Shown piece by piece: positions 55,261 to 64,000 of a stretch of 64,000 nt of DNA. A program made the position numbers and the translations under genes. The DNA is taken from NCBI GenBank assembly GCA_963770895.1, contig CAVYRF010000002.1:384001-448000 (forward strand), given 5' to 3'. The notes beneath the pieces are model-generated. The model searched no databases and was not told the DNA's origin. It saw only the letters and a program-made list of their open reading frames with translations. This DNA is from an uncultured Acidobacteriota bacterium. GTDB taxonomy: Bacteria; Acidobacteriota; Thermoanaerobaculia; Multivoradales; UBA5704. Every line of letters starts with the position of its first letter. Within the stretch, counting starts at the first letter, position 1.

Positions 55261-57257
55261 TAGGTCTTCGACTTGCCCGTCGCGGTGTCGGTCACCGTGA
55301 TGGTATACGGGAAGTCGGTGAGCGCGCCCCAATAGAACGCGATGCGGTCGGAGAATTGGATCAGCTTGGTCATCAGCTCGACGTCGGTGGGATCGGTGAA
55401 GACGAAGGTCCCGACCTCGTTGGAAAAGAGCTTGCCCAGGGCGTTGCCGCCGGTGTTGTTGGCGGGGTTGGCCCAGGTGACGGACACCGCGAAGCGATTG
55501 CCCAGCAGGCAGAGGTTGGTCGCGGTCTGCCTGCAGGCGCTCTGCAGGCTGATCTGGTTGCTGCCCGCCGCGGCGGGGAAGGCGCTTTCGTCGATGCCGC
55601 CGCAGTTGCCGGCGGTGTTCGAATAGGTGTGCGCCTCGTTGTTGGCAAGATCGCGGATGGTGACGTTGAATTCAAGGTTGGTCAGCTCGCCGTAGAAAAC
55701 CTTGAAGACGCCGTTGATGTTGAGCACCTTGAACATCAGCTCGACGTTGCCGGGGTCGCTGAAATAGAAGTAGCCGGCGGCGTCGGTGCCCTTGATCGCA
55801 CCGGCCTGGCCGGAAGTGTTGTTGAACTGGTTGGTCCAGTTGGCGGTGACCTGGAACTGGCCGCCGTTCAGGCAGAGGGTCTGCGCATTGGCGGTGCAGG
55901 TCGCCGGCGGCGGCGGCGGCGCCGTCTGGTTGGAGTAGAGCAGCGCCACCGCGGCCTTGTCGTCGGCGCCCAGGCGGGCGCCGCGGTTGTCGGTGTGCAC
56001 CAGGGTGCGCATGATGGCGTCGTTGTACACCGCGCTGGAGCATGACGGGCTGATGGCGTCGCCGCACGAGTGCGCCAACCCGATGCAGTGGCCCAGCTCG
56101 TGGGTGAGCATCGACTGGGCGATCTCGGAGGCGGTGGCGCCGCCGGTGCCCAGCTTGAAAAAGCAGCTGAGGTTTTGCGCCGTGACGCTGTGCGCTCCGA
56201 CCATGGGGTTGTACTGCACGCCCTTGAAGGTTTCGGGCGTATCGTAGAAAAAGGTTTCGGTGTAGGCGACGATGCCGCCGGTGGCACAGTTGAACGGCGT
56301 GATTTCGCCCGCGGGGTCGTTGAAGGTGACCTCGTTGACGGCGTTGTAGGCAGCCAGGGTGCCCGCGGTCGCCGTCGTGCCGCCGTAGGCCAGGTTGATA
56401 AAGGTGCCGGGGTTGGTGTCCCACGCCTGCATCGACGTCTGGTACTCGGCAAAGCCGCCGCCGGCAAGACCGGGCTGCCCGGCCTGGTTGGCATAGAACA
56501 CGATCGGAGTGCCGGTGTCGAACTGAAACCAGCGTTCGTTGTAGCCGTCCACCTCCAGCAGCGTGTACTTCTCCGCCAGGGCCGCCTGCTCGCCCGCATC
56601 CAGGTCGACCAAGTAGTCCGCCGGCGCGTCGCCGCCGCCGGCCGCCCGCTCCGCCACCCAATTGGCAAAATGTGAGGCGTCGCGCGGCCGATCCAGGCCG
56701 GCTTCGCCCGCCTGCTTGCCGCCCATCGCCACCTGCGTCGCGCCCGCCAGGCTGCGCAGCGCCAGCGTCTGGGCGCCCTGGGCCGCGGCGCGATCGACCA
56801 GGTGGAAGGCGCCCAGAAACAGCTGCAGCACGCGGTACGTGCCGTCCGGCCGCGGTTCGAGGAACAGCAGCAGCCGCTCCTGCGGCGTGAACCGGGGCGC
56901 CCCGGCGACCGCCGCGGAAATGCCGTTCGACCGCCGGCCGCCCGGCACCCGCACCGTCAAGGTGCCATCGCCGGCGGCTCCCTTGAGGAGCCGGTCGACC
57001 TGCACGCGATAGTCGGTCGACGGCGCCGCCAACGCCGCCGCCGGCGCATCGATCGCCATCGAAAGAACCGTCACCTGGGCGATCAGCGGCGCCTGATCGG
57101 CCAAAGCGCCGTCCGCGACCATCACGAACGTTGCGGCGGCGAGCGGAGCGGCACGGAACGATACGAGGAAGAGGGCCAAGGCGCACATCCCGACCGCGCC
57201 CCAGGAGCGGCCAGAACGGCCGCGGCCAGTGTGACAAAGATCACAGTACACGAGCAC
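55209..57257 (-). CDS. Secreted metzincin (matrixin-like) with N-terminal prodomain and duplicated C-terminal domain
   Basis: HELGHCIGLAH, AIM Met-turn; two LCL..F.V...W repeats; start uncertain. Confidence 0.85.
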   Translation of the reverse strand: MLVYCDLCHTGRGRSGRSWGAVGMCALALFLVSFRAAPLAAATFVMVADGALADQAPLIAQVTVLSMAIDAPAAALAAPSTDYRVQVDRLLKGAAGDGTLTVRVPGGRRSNGISAAVAGAPRFTPQERLLLFLEPRPDGTYRVLQLFLGAFHLVDRAAAQGAQTLALRSLAGATQVAMGGKQAGEAGLDRPRDASHFANWVAERAAGGGDAPADYLVDLDAGEQAALAEKYTLLEVDGYNERWFQFDTGTPIVFYANQAGQPGLAGGGFAEYQTSMQAWDTNPGTFINLAYGGTTATAGTLAAYNAVNEVTFNDPAGEITPFNCATGGIVAYTETFFYDTPETFKGVQYNPMVGAHSVTAQNLSCFFKLGTGGATASEIAQSMLTHELGHCIGLAHSCGDAISPSCSSAVYNDAIMRTLVHTDNRGARLGADDKAAVALLYSNQTAPPPPPATCTANAQTLCLNGGQFQVTANWTNQFNNTSGQAGAIKGTDAAGYFYFSDPGNVELMFKVLNINGVFKVFYGELTNLEFNVTIRDLANNEAHTYSNTAGNCGGIDESAFPAAAGSNQISLQSACRQTATNLCLLGNRFAVSVTWANPANNTGGNALGKLFSNEVGTFVFTDPTDVELMTKLIQFSDRIAFYWGALTDFPYTITVTDTATGKSKTYQGTAGTLCGGLDNNAF

Positions 57258-57360
57258 CGAACGTCTCCTTCACGTCACATTTTCGTCATCCCGCTGGCCC
57301 GCGCGGAACCGGCACAAACCCGGTAATTTCCAATCAATCTCCCACGGCCCCATGCCGCCG

Positions 57361-59058
57361 TCAAGCCCGCCCCGCCCGGTCGGTCGGGCCGGCCAGGCCG
57401 AGCATGCGGTAGACGGCGGCCAGGTCCAGGTGCCGGCGGAAGTGATCGGCCAGCCGATCCAGCGAGTCCACGCCTGCCGGCGGCGGCGGCGGCGGCGGCA
57501 GGTGCACCAGGCGGCGCAGATGATCGAGCAGCCGCTGCGCCGCCGCCGGCGCATCGAACAGGCCGTGCAGATAGGTGCCCAGGATGCGTCCGTCAGCGCT
57601 CACGGCGCCGTCGTCGCGCGCCTCGCCGTCGCCGGCGCGGACCAGGCGGAAGAGCGGCCGCACGCCGGGACCCAGCCGCGTGTCGCCGACGTGGATCTCG
57701 TACCCCACGGCTTCACACTCGTCGTCGTCGGACGAGCCACCGGCGCCGTCGCTGCCATCGCCGCCCTGGTCGCGAGCGGCGCCAGCGGTGCGAGCACCGG
57801 CCACGGCGGCCGCCCCATTCGCGCCGCCCCCACCTCCGGTCGCTGCGCCCGACGCCGCCAGGATGCCGTCGTAGAAGCGGGCGCGCGCCTGGCGCGTCAC
57901 CTTGGCCCGCGCCATCACCGTCGTCGCGTCCAGCAGGTCCAGACCGCGGCACACCCGCTCCGCGCTTTCGACGCCCCAGGGATCTTCGATCGTCCTGCCC
58001 ATCATCTGGAAACCGCCGCAGATGCCGACCACCGGCCGGCCCGCGGCCAGGTGCTCGCGGATTGCCCCTTCGAAGCCGGCGCGCCGCAGCCAGGCCAGGT
58101 CGGCCACCGTGCTCTTGGTACCCGGCAGGATCAGCACGTGCGCCGCCGCCGCGTCCGCGGCCCGCGACAGATAGATCAGGTCGACGTCGGGCCGCGCCGC
58201 CAGCGGCCTGAAATCGGTGTAGTTCGAAACGTAGGGCAACGCCACGACGCCCACCCGCAGACGCGCCCCGCCCGCGCCCGTGCCTCCTGTGCCTCCCGCG
58301 CCGCCGCCGGAGGCGAACACCCGCGGCAGCTCGGCCGCCGTCACCCCGTCCTCTTCGTCGACGCCGTGCCCCGCCAGGTACGGCACCACCCCCAAACACG
58401 GCTGCCCCGAGCGCTCCTCCAGCCACCCCACCCCCGGCGCGAACAGCTCCGGGTCACCGCGGAACTTGTTGACCAGGAAGCCGCCGAAGCGCCGGCGCTC
58501 GCCCGGCGTGAGCAGGTCGAAGGTCCCCAGCACCGACGCGAAGACGCCGCCGCGGTCGATGTCGGCCACCAGGATGCACCGCGCATCCGCCACCTCCGCC
58601 ATGCTCAGGTTCACCATGTCGACGGCCTTCAAGTTCATCTCGACCGGCGACCCCGCCCCCTCCAGCACGATCACCCGGTGCCGCGCCGCCAGCCGCTCGT
58701 ACGCGGCGTGAATCGCCGCCGCCAGCTGCGGCTTGCGCGCATACAGCTCGGCCCCCGACAGGCTGGCCAGGACCTTGCCCTCCAACACCACCTGCGAGGA
58801 CGTGTCCGAAGTCGGCTTGAGCAGCAACGGATTCATGTCCACGTGCGGCTCGACCCCCGCCGCCATCGCCTGCACCGCCTGCGCCCGCCCGATCTCGCCG
58901 CCCCCCGCGGTGGCAAACGAATTGAGCGCCATGTTCTGCGCCTTGAACGGCGCCACGTCGCAACCGTCCTGCCGCAGAATCCGGCACAGCGCCGCCACCG
59001 TGAGCGACTTGCCCACGTGCGACGCCGTCCCCAAAACCATCAACGCCCGCGCCCGCAT
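57361..59058 (-). CDS. cobQ: Cobyric acid synthase
   Basis: GTASHVGKS, PFKAQNMA, MNPLLLKP, EGAGSP, DIDRGG, NKFRGD, GICGGFQM, GTYLHG. Confidence 0.95.
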   Translation of the reverse strand: MRARALMVLGTASHVGKSLTVAALCRILRQDGCDVAPFKAQNMALNSFATAGGGEIGRAQAVQAMAAGVEPHVDMNPLLLKPTSDTSSQVVLEGKVLASLSGAELYARKPQLAAAIHAAYERLAARHRVIVLEGAGSPVEMNLKAVDMVNLSMAEVADARCILVADIDRGGVFASVLGTFDLLTPGERRRFGGFLVNKFRGDPELFAPGVGWLEERSGQPCLGVVPYLAGHGVDEEDGVTAAELPRVFASGGGAGGTGGTGAGGARLRVGVVALPYVSNYTDFRPLAARPDVDLIYLSRAADAAAAHVLILPGTKSTVADLAWLRRAGFEGAIREHLAAGRPVVGICGGFQMMGRTIEDPWGVESAERVCRGLDLLDATTVMARAKVTRQARARFYDGILAASGAATGGGGGANGAAAVAGARTAGAARDQGGDGSDGAGGSSDDDECEAVGYEIHVGDTRLGPGVRPLFRLVRAGDGEARDDGAVSADGRILGTYLHGLFDAPAAAQRLLDHLRRLVHLPPPPPPPAGVDSLDRLADHFRRHLDLAAVYRMLGLAGPTDRAGRA

Positions 59059-59460
59059 CGCTGGTATCGACACTATCGATCTAGTCACAGCTTATGCCGG
59101 AACCGCGAAAGCGGAGGACGAATGTGGCGCTGGGCCAAACCCCAAGCCCTCTCGCCGGCGCGCAGCGCCTCTTGTCGGAGACAGGCCGGGTCGAGGAGCA
59201 GCGATCCGCCCCTTGCCCAGTGCCTTGCCACAATGCCGTTCTGTCCGTAAAATCTCTCTGCTCTTTTGCGAGAACCCAGAAGAAGCTGAACGGATTGCCT
59301 TAAAAGCTAGGCAGTATCTCGATAGTCAATCCTGAGCCCTACCTTCCGGTCCTGTCCCAGGCTTGACCACGGCCTACAGGGGGCGACTTCGTCGCGGAGG
59401 CCGTGATTCCCGCCAGGGAAAACGCGCCCGCTCGACCGCCGGCCCGGCGCGCGGTACAGT

Positions 59461-60756
59461 TTGGCTCGCCCCGTGCCCGCCTCCCCATCCGACGCAGCCA
59501 CCGCAGCCCCGCCGCCCGCCGCCGATGCGCATCCGCGGCGGTGGCGGATGCTGGGCCTGCTGGCGGTCGCCGAGCTGCTGGGGATGTCGGTGTGGTTCGC
59601 GGCCAGCGCCGTGGCGCCGCAGCTGGCGGCGGCGTGGGGGCTGAGCGCTTCCCAGGCGGCCTGGCTGACCACCGTGGTGCAGCTGGGCTTTGTCGCCGGC
59701 ACCGCCGCGACGGCGCTGCTCAACCTGGCCGACATCGTGGCGTCGCGCCGGCTGTTCGCCGCCTGCGCGGCGATGGCGGCGCTGGTCAATGCCGCGCTGC
59801 TGACCGCTCACGGCTTCACCGCCGCGCTGGCCTGGCGGTTTGCGACCGGGTTCTTCCTGGCCGGCGTCTACCCGCCGGCGATGAAGATGGTCGCCACCTG
59901 GTTCCGCTCCCGGCGCGGCCTGGCGATCGGCGTCATCGTCGGCGCGCTGACCGTCGGCAAGGCGACCCCGTACCTGGTGCACGCCCTGCCGCACGCGAGC
60001 GTCGCCGCGGTGGTGCTGGCCGCCTCGGCCGGAGCCGCCGTCGCCGCCGTCCTGGTGCTGAGCGCCTACCGCGACGGCCCGTACCCCTTTGCGCCGCGGC
60101 CGTTCGCCTGGGGCCTGGCGGGCGAAGTGGCGCGCCTGCGGCGCTTCCGGCTGGCCACCGCCGGCTACCTGGGGCACATGTTCGAGCTCTACTCCTTCTG
60201 GACCTGGATCCCGGTCTACCTGGCCGCCAGCGCCGCCCGCCACGGCGGCTCCAGCCCGACCGCGGTCTCGCTTGCCGCCTTCGGCACCATCGCGGTGGGC
60301 GGCGCGGGCTGCGTCTGGGGCGGCCTGGTGGCCGACCGCACCGGCCGCGAGCGGCTGACGATCGTGGCGCTCGCCGCCAGCGGCAGCTGCTCGCTCGCCA
60401 TCGGGCTGCTGTTCGGCGCCAGCCTGCCGGCGGTCGCCCTGCTCGCCTGGGTGTGGGGATTCTTCGTCATCGCCGACAGCGCCCAATTCAGCGCCCTGGT
60501 GACCGAAGCGGTGCCGCCGCACGCGGTGGGCACGGCGCTGACCGTGCAGACCGCGCTGGGCTTCCTGCTCACCACGGTTTCCATCCAGCTGCTGCCGCCG
60601 CTCGCCGCCCGCGCCGGCTGGCGCTGGTCGTTCGCGGTCCTGGCGCTCGGCCCGGCCTGCGGCATCGCCGCCATGGCGCGGCTGCTGCGCCTGCGCCGGC
60701 GGCCGCAAGGCGATGCTGGCGGCCCGGCCGCGCCGGGCTATACTCGGCAGGCGTAA
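59461..60756 (+). CDS. MFS transporter
   Basis: About 12 TM segments; LAGVYPPAMK, GHMFELY, ADSAQFSA; start uncertain. Confidence 0.88.
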   Translation: MARPVPASPSDAATAAPPPAADAHPRRWRMLGLLAVAELLGMSVWFAASAVAPQLAAAWGLSASQAAWLTTVVQLGFVAGTAATALLNLADIVASRRLFAACAAMAALVNAALLTAHGFTAALAWRFATGFFLAGVYPPAMKMVATWFRSRRGLAIGVIVGALTVGKATPYLVHALPHASVAAVVLAASAGAAVAAVLVLSAYRDGPYPFAPRPFAWGLAGEVARLRRFRLATAGYLGHMFELYSFWTWIPVYLAASAARHGGSSPTAVSLAAFGTIAVGGAGCVWGGLVADRTGRERLTIVALAASGSCSLAIGLLFGASLPAVALLAWVWGFFVIADSAQFSALVTEAVPPHAVGTALTVQTALGFLLTTVSIQLLPPLAARAGWRWSFAVLALGPACGIAAMARLLRLRRRPQGDAGGPAAPGYTRQA

Positions 60757-60773
60757 CACTGGAGAGCAACGCC

Positions 60774-62435
60774 ATGCAGGCGCTTTTGCGGCGCGCTGCC
60801 GCCGGCCCGCGGCTGGCGGCGCGGGATCGATCCACCGCGCTTCCCGTGCGCAAGGTGCGCAGCTTGCGCGTGCGGTTCGTGATCGCCATCTCGGCCCTGG
60901 TCGCCCTGGTGCTGATGGCCAACGGGCTGGTCGTGGCGTTTGCCAGCCGCGACCACATCCGCCAGGACATCGAGACCCGCGCGCTGGCCTTCGCACGCCT
61001 CGCCGCCGGCCCCATCTGCAACGCCTACGCGACGTATTACTCCAGCGGCTACAGCAAGTTCCGCGAGCTGCTGCGGGAGACCAAGGACCTCGATCCCGAC
61101 CTGGCCCGGCTGTCGATCTACGACACCGGCGGCCGCGTACTGTTCGACACCAATGAGCTGGAAGCCACCCCTGACGAACCGGCGGCGCGCGCCGCCGAGG
61201 TCCCGCAGGGCGATCCCCTGCTGCGGGCGGTCAAGGGCATGGCGCAGAGCGCCTGGCGCACCACCACCCCGGCCCACCGCGGCGCCCCCAGCGAACCGGT
61301 CTTCGTCGTCGTCGCGCCCTTCGTCGAGGAGTGGGGAGGGCACCGCTACTCGGTCGTCTTCTACGTCGTCTACGACAGCCTGCAGGCGGCGGTCAAGGCG
61401 GCCGGGTGGCGCATCGTCGCGCTGTCGGCCGGTTCGCTCGCCCTGGGCGTCCTGTTCGCCGTGCTGCTCTCCCGGCAGAGCGCGCGGCCGCTCGACGTGC
61501 TGACCCGCGGCGCCCAGGACCTGGCGGATGGCCACCTCACGCGGCGCATCGAGCTGCACACCGGCGACGAGTTCGGCGTCCTGGCCGGGACCTTCAACCA
61601 GATGGCCGAGCGCCTGCAGCACACTGTCTCCGACCTCGAATCGAGCAACCAGACGCTGGAGGCGCTGAACCTGGAGCTGCAGCAGCTGGACCGCATGAAG
61701 AGCGACCTGCTGGCCAACGTCAGCCACGAGCTGCGCACGCCGCTCACCGCCATCCAGGGGTACACCGAGGCGATGGACGAAGGGCTGCTCGGCCTGGTCA
61801 ACGCGCCGCAACGCGACGCCCTGCAGGTGGTCCGCCGCAACAGCCGGCGGCTGATGACGATGATCGAGCAGCTCCTGGGCTTCTCGCGCCTGGAGGCGGG
61901 CGCCGCCCGGCTCGACCTCGCGGCGTTCGACCTGGCCGAGATCGCGGGCCACGTGGCGAGCAGCGTCCGCGCCGCCGTCGCCCCGGGGCTCAACCTGCGT
62001 CTCGACGTCCAACCCGGCCTGCCTCCCGTCTGGGGCGACCCGGCCAAGATCGCGCAGGTGATCGACAACCTGCTCACCAACGCCGTCAAGTTCACACCGC
62101 TGGGCAACGAGATCCGCCTGGGAGTCCGCCGCCGCGGCGCCGACGTCGAAGTGACGGTGACCGACCGCGGCATCGGCATCCCGGCGGCAGCGCGCGCCCG
62201 TATCTTCGAGCGGTTCTACCAGGTGGACGCGTCGTCGACCCGGCGCTACGGCGGCATGGGGCTGGGGCTCGCCATCACCCGCGAGCTGCTGACCGCGCAC
62301 GGGCGTGACATCCTGGTCGACAGCGAGGTGGGCGTGGGCACCACGTTCCGGTTCAGCCTGCCGGTCGCCGGCGCGAATGCCGGCGCCGGCGCGGCGTCCG
62401 CGCCCTTGGCCGCACAGCGGGGTACCTGGGGATGA
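60774..62435 (+). CDS. Membrane sensor histidine kinase (HAMP-HisKA-HATPase)
   Basis: Two TMs, DEFG..FNQM, SHELRTPL, NLLTNAVKF, DRGIG, GMGLGL. Confidence 0.93.
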   Translation: MQALLRRAAAGPRLAARDRSTALPVRKVRSLRVRFVIAISALVALVLMANGLVVAFASRDHIRQDIETRALAFARLAAGPICNAYATYYSSGYSKFRELLRETKDLDPDLARLSIYDTGGRVLFDTNELEATPDEPAARAAEVPQGDPLLRAVKGMAQSAWRTTTPAHRGAPSEPVFVVVAPFVEEWGGHRYSVVFYVVYDSLQAAVKAAGWRIVALSAGSLALGVLFAVLLSRQSARPLDVLTRGAQDLADGHLTRRIELHTGDEFGVLAGTFNQMAERLQHTVSDLESSNQTLEALNLELQQLDRMKSDLLANVSHELRTPLTAIQGYTEAMDEGLLGLVNAPQRDALQVVRRNSRRLMTMIEQLLGFSRLEAGAARLDLAAFDLAEIAGHVASSVRAAVAPGLNLRLDVQPGLPPVWGDPAKIAQVIDNLLTNAVKFTPLGNEIRLGVRRRGADVEVTVTDRGIGIPAAARARIFERFYQVDASSTRRYGGMGLGLAITRELLTAHGRDILVDSEVGVGTTFRFSLPVAGANAGAGAASAPLAAQRGTWG

Positions 62436-62812
62436 AAAAGATCCTGGTGGTCGACGACGAGCACGACGTGGCCGAGCTGCTGCAGCTGGTGCTCACCGGG
62501 CACGGCTACGCGGTGATCCTGGCGCCGTCGGGGATGGACGGGCTGGCGCTGGCGCAAAGCGAGCTGCCCGACGTCATCCTGCTCGACATCATGATGCACC
62601 GCATGGACGGCTGGGAGGTGCTCAAGCTGCTCAAGCTGGACGACCGCACCCGCGCCATCCCGGTGGTGATCCTGTCGGCGCGCGCCGAACCCAAGGACAA
62701 GATCCGCGGCCTCCAGGAGGGCGCCGTGGACTACGTGACCAAACCCTTCGGCGTCCAGGAGATGCTGCGCACGGTCGAAGCCGTGCTGAACCTGCCGGGA
62801 GCCGGCCGATGA
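62432..62812 (+). CDS. Single-domain response regulator
   Basis: ILVVDDE, LLDIMM..MDG, DYVTKPF. Confidence 0.93.
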   Translation: MKKILVVDDEHDVAELLQLVLTGHGYAVILAPSGMDGLALAQSELPDVILLDIMMHRMDGWEVLKLLKLDDRTRAIPVVILSARAEPKDKIRGLQEGAVDYVTKPFGVQEMLRTVEAVLNLPGAGR

Positions 62813-64000
62813 CCGATCAGAACTACTGGGAGCTGCGCGCCGAGTGGCTGCAGCTGCGCGGCTGCCTGTTCGATCCCAACACCGGCCTGCCCGCCCTGCC
62901 GGCGGTGATCGAAGACGTCCGCCGCCGCCTGGAAGCGGGCGAGACCATGGGGCTCATCTACCTGGACCTGGCGAGCGGCGAGCGCCTGGAATCGCTCTAC
63001 GGCTGGCAGACCTACGACCGCCTGCTGCGGCGCGCGACGGCGGCCCTGCTGGAGTTCCGCGACCGCCTGCTGGCGCCGGGCGACCTGGTGGCGCTGACCG
63101 CGGTGCGCGGCGACGAGTTCCTGATCTTCACCGGCGCCGCGGCGGCGGGCCCCGGCGCCGCCGCCGGCGACTTCGCCGACGCCGGCAGGCTCGCCGAACG
63201 CCGCCTGACCCGCCTTGGCGAACAGCTGGCGGCGGAGCTCGACGGGCGGCTGCGGCCGGATGCGGGGGCCGAGGTGCCGCAGGGGATCTCGGTCTCCTAC
63301 GGCTGCGCCCTGGTGCGCCCCGATCCGGCGGTGCGCATCGAGCGCTCGATCTATCAATCGATCGACGCCGTGCGCGCCATCTGCCGCCGGCAGCGCGAGC
63401 GCCAGCACGGCTTGCGCCGCAACGAGCTGCGCCGCATCCTGGCGACGCGCAACGTGCTGATCCGCTATCAGCCGATCGTGCGCCTGGACGACGGCCATAT
63501 CCACGGCTTCGAGGCGCTGTCGTCGGGCCCCTCGGGCGACATCTTCGAAAATCCGGAAATGATGTTTGCCTTCGCCGAGGAGACCGAGCAGATCGTCGAG
63601 CTGGAGCGCCTGTGCCGCCTGCAGGCCATCCGCGGCGCCACCTCGCTCAGCTCGCCGCAAAAGCTGTTCATCAACTGTTCGGCGCACGGCTTCGTCGATC
63701 CCGACCTGACCTCGGCGACGATCCTCGAAGAGGTGCGCAAGGCGGGCCGCGAGCCGAGCGACATCGTGTTCGAAGTCACCGAGCGGGTGGCGATCACCGA
63801 ATGGACGCAGTTCCGCTCCATCCTTGCCGGCCTGCGCAAGATGGGCTTTTCGATCGCCATCGACGACATGGGGGCGGGCTATTCGTCGCTGCAGGCGGTG
63901 GCCGAAGTGGAGCCCGACTATCTCAAGTTCGACGTCTCGCTGGTGCGCGACATCCACCTGTCGCCGATCAAGCGCAACCTGCTCGAAACCCTTGTCGTCC
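62809..64000 (+). CDS. Degenerate GGDEF + EAL domain protein (runs off the window)
   Basis: My translation from ATG 62809: DPNTGLP, RGDEF, YQPIV, FEAL, FEVTE, IDDMGAGYSSL, YLKFD. Confidence 0.9.
   Translation, partial: MTDQNYWELRAEWLQLRGCLFDPNTGLPALPAVIEDVRRRLEAGETMGLIYLDLASGERLESLYGWQTYDRLLRRATAALLEFRDRLLAPGDLVALTAVRGDEFLIFTGAAAAGPGAAAGDFADAGRLAERRLTRLGEQLAAELDGRLRPDAGAEVPQGISVSYGCALVRPDPAVRIERSIYQSIDAVRAICRRQRERQHGLRRNELRRILATRNVLIRYQPIVRLDDGHIHGFEALSSGPSGDIFENPEMMFAFAEETEQIVELERLCRLQAIRGATSLSSPQKLFINCSAHGFVDPDLTSATILEEVRKAGREPSDIVFEVTERVAITEWTQFRSILAGLRKMGFSIAIDDMGAGYSSLQAVAEVEPDYLKFDVSLVRDIHLSPIKRNLLETLVV

Noticed and set aside
59361-59388. CCACG...CAGGGGGCGAC resembling a solitary CRISPR repeat
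   Set aside because: Short match in GC-rich DNA, lacks GTTTCAAT, and is explained by the local hairpin
59403-60773. Apparent 1010-aa kinase ORF
   Set aside because: The N-terminal part overlaps the MFS gene out of frame; the kinase starts near 60774 or later

Overview
GC-rich bacterial window. The secreted metzincins with a repeated C-terminal 'LCL..RF.V...W' domain and the YfhO-like gene suggest Acidobacteriota/Thermoanaerobaculia (inference). The centre is a complete type I-C CRISPR-Cas operon (cas3-cas5-cas8c-cas7-cas4-cas1-cas2, minus strand) between two large arrays (about 67 and 87 repeats, counted by hand). The arrays have paralogous leaders and repeats that differ only in the hairpin loop. 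Downstream of array 1, in the same orientation, lie an MNT-HEPN toxin-antitoxin pair, a stand-alone VioB/RebD-like protein without a ferritin domain, and an AbrB antitoxin whose VapC partner has collapsed to a 38-codon in-frame N+C fusion. Other loci: three AcvB/VirJ units (two fused in one ORF); a cyanophycin locus (cphB-cphA plus a divergent CphA paralog lacking the ATP-grasp domain); split and fused metzincin/'prodomain' architectures; two non-CRISPR tandem-repeat tracts in a divergent intergenic region; an ABC permease-M1 peptidase fusion; an HTH-SDR-QueA-like operon; a lone cobQ; and an HK-RR-EAL module. All family calls come from motif recognition, not database searches.
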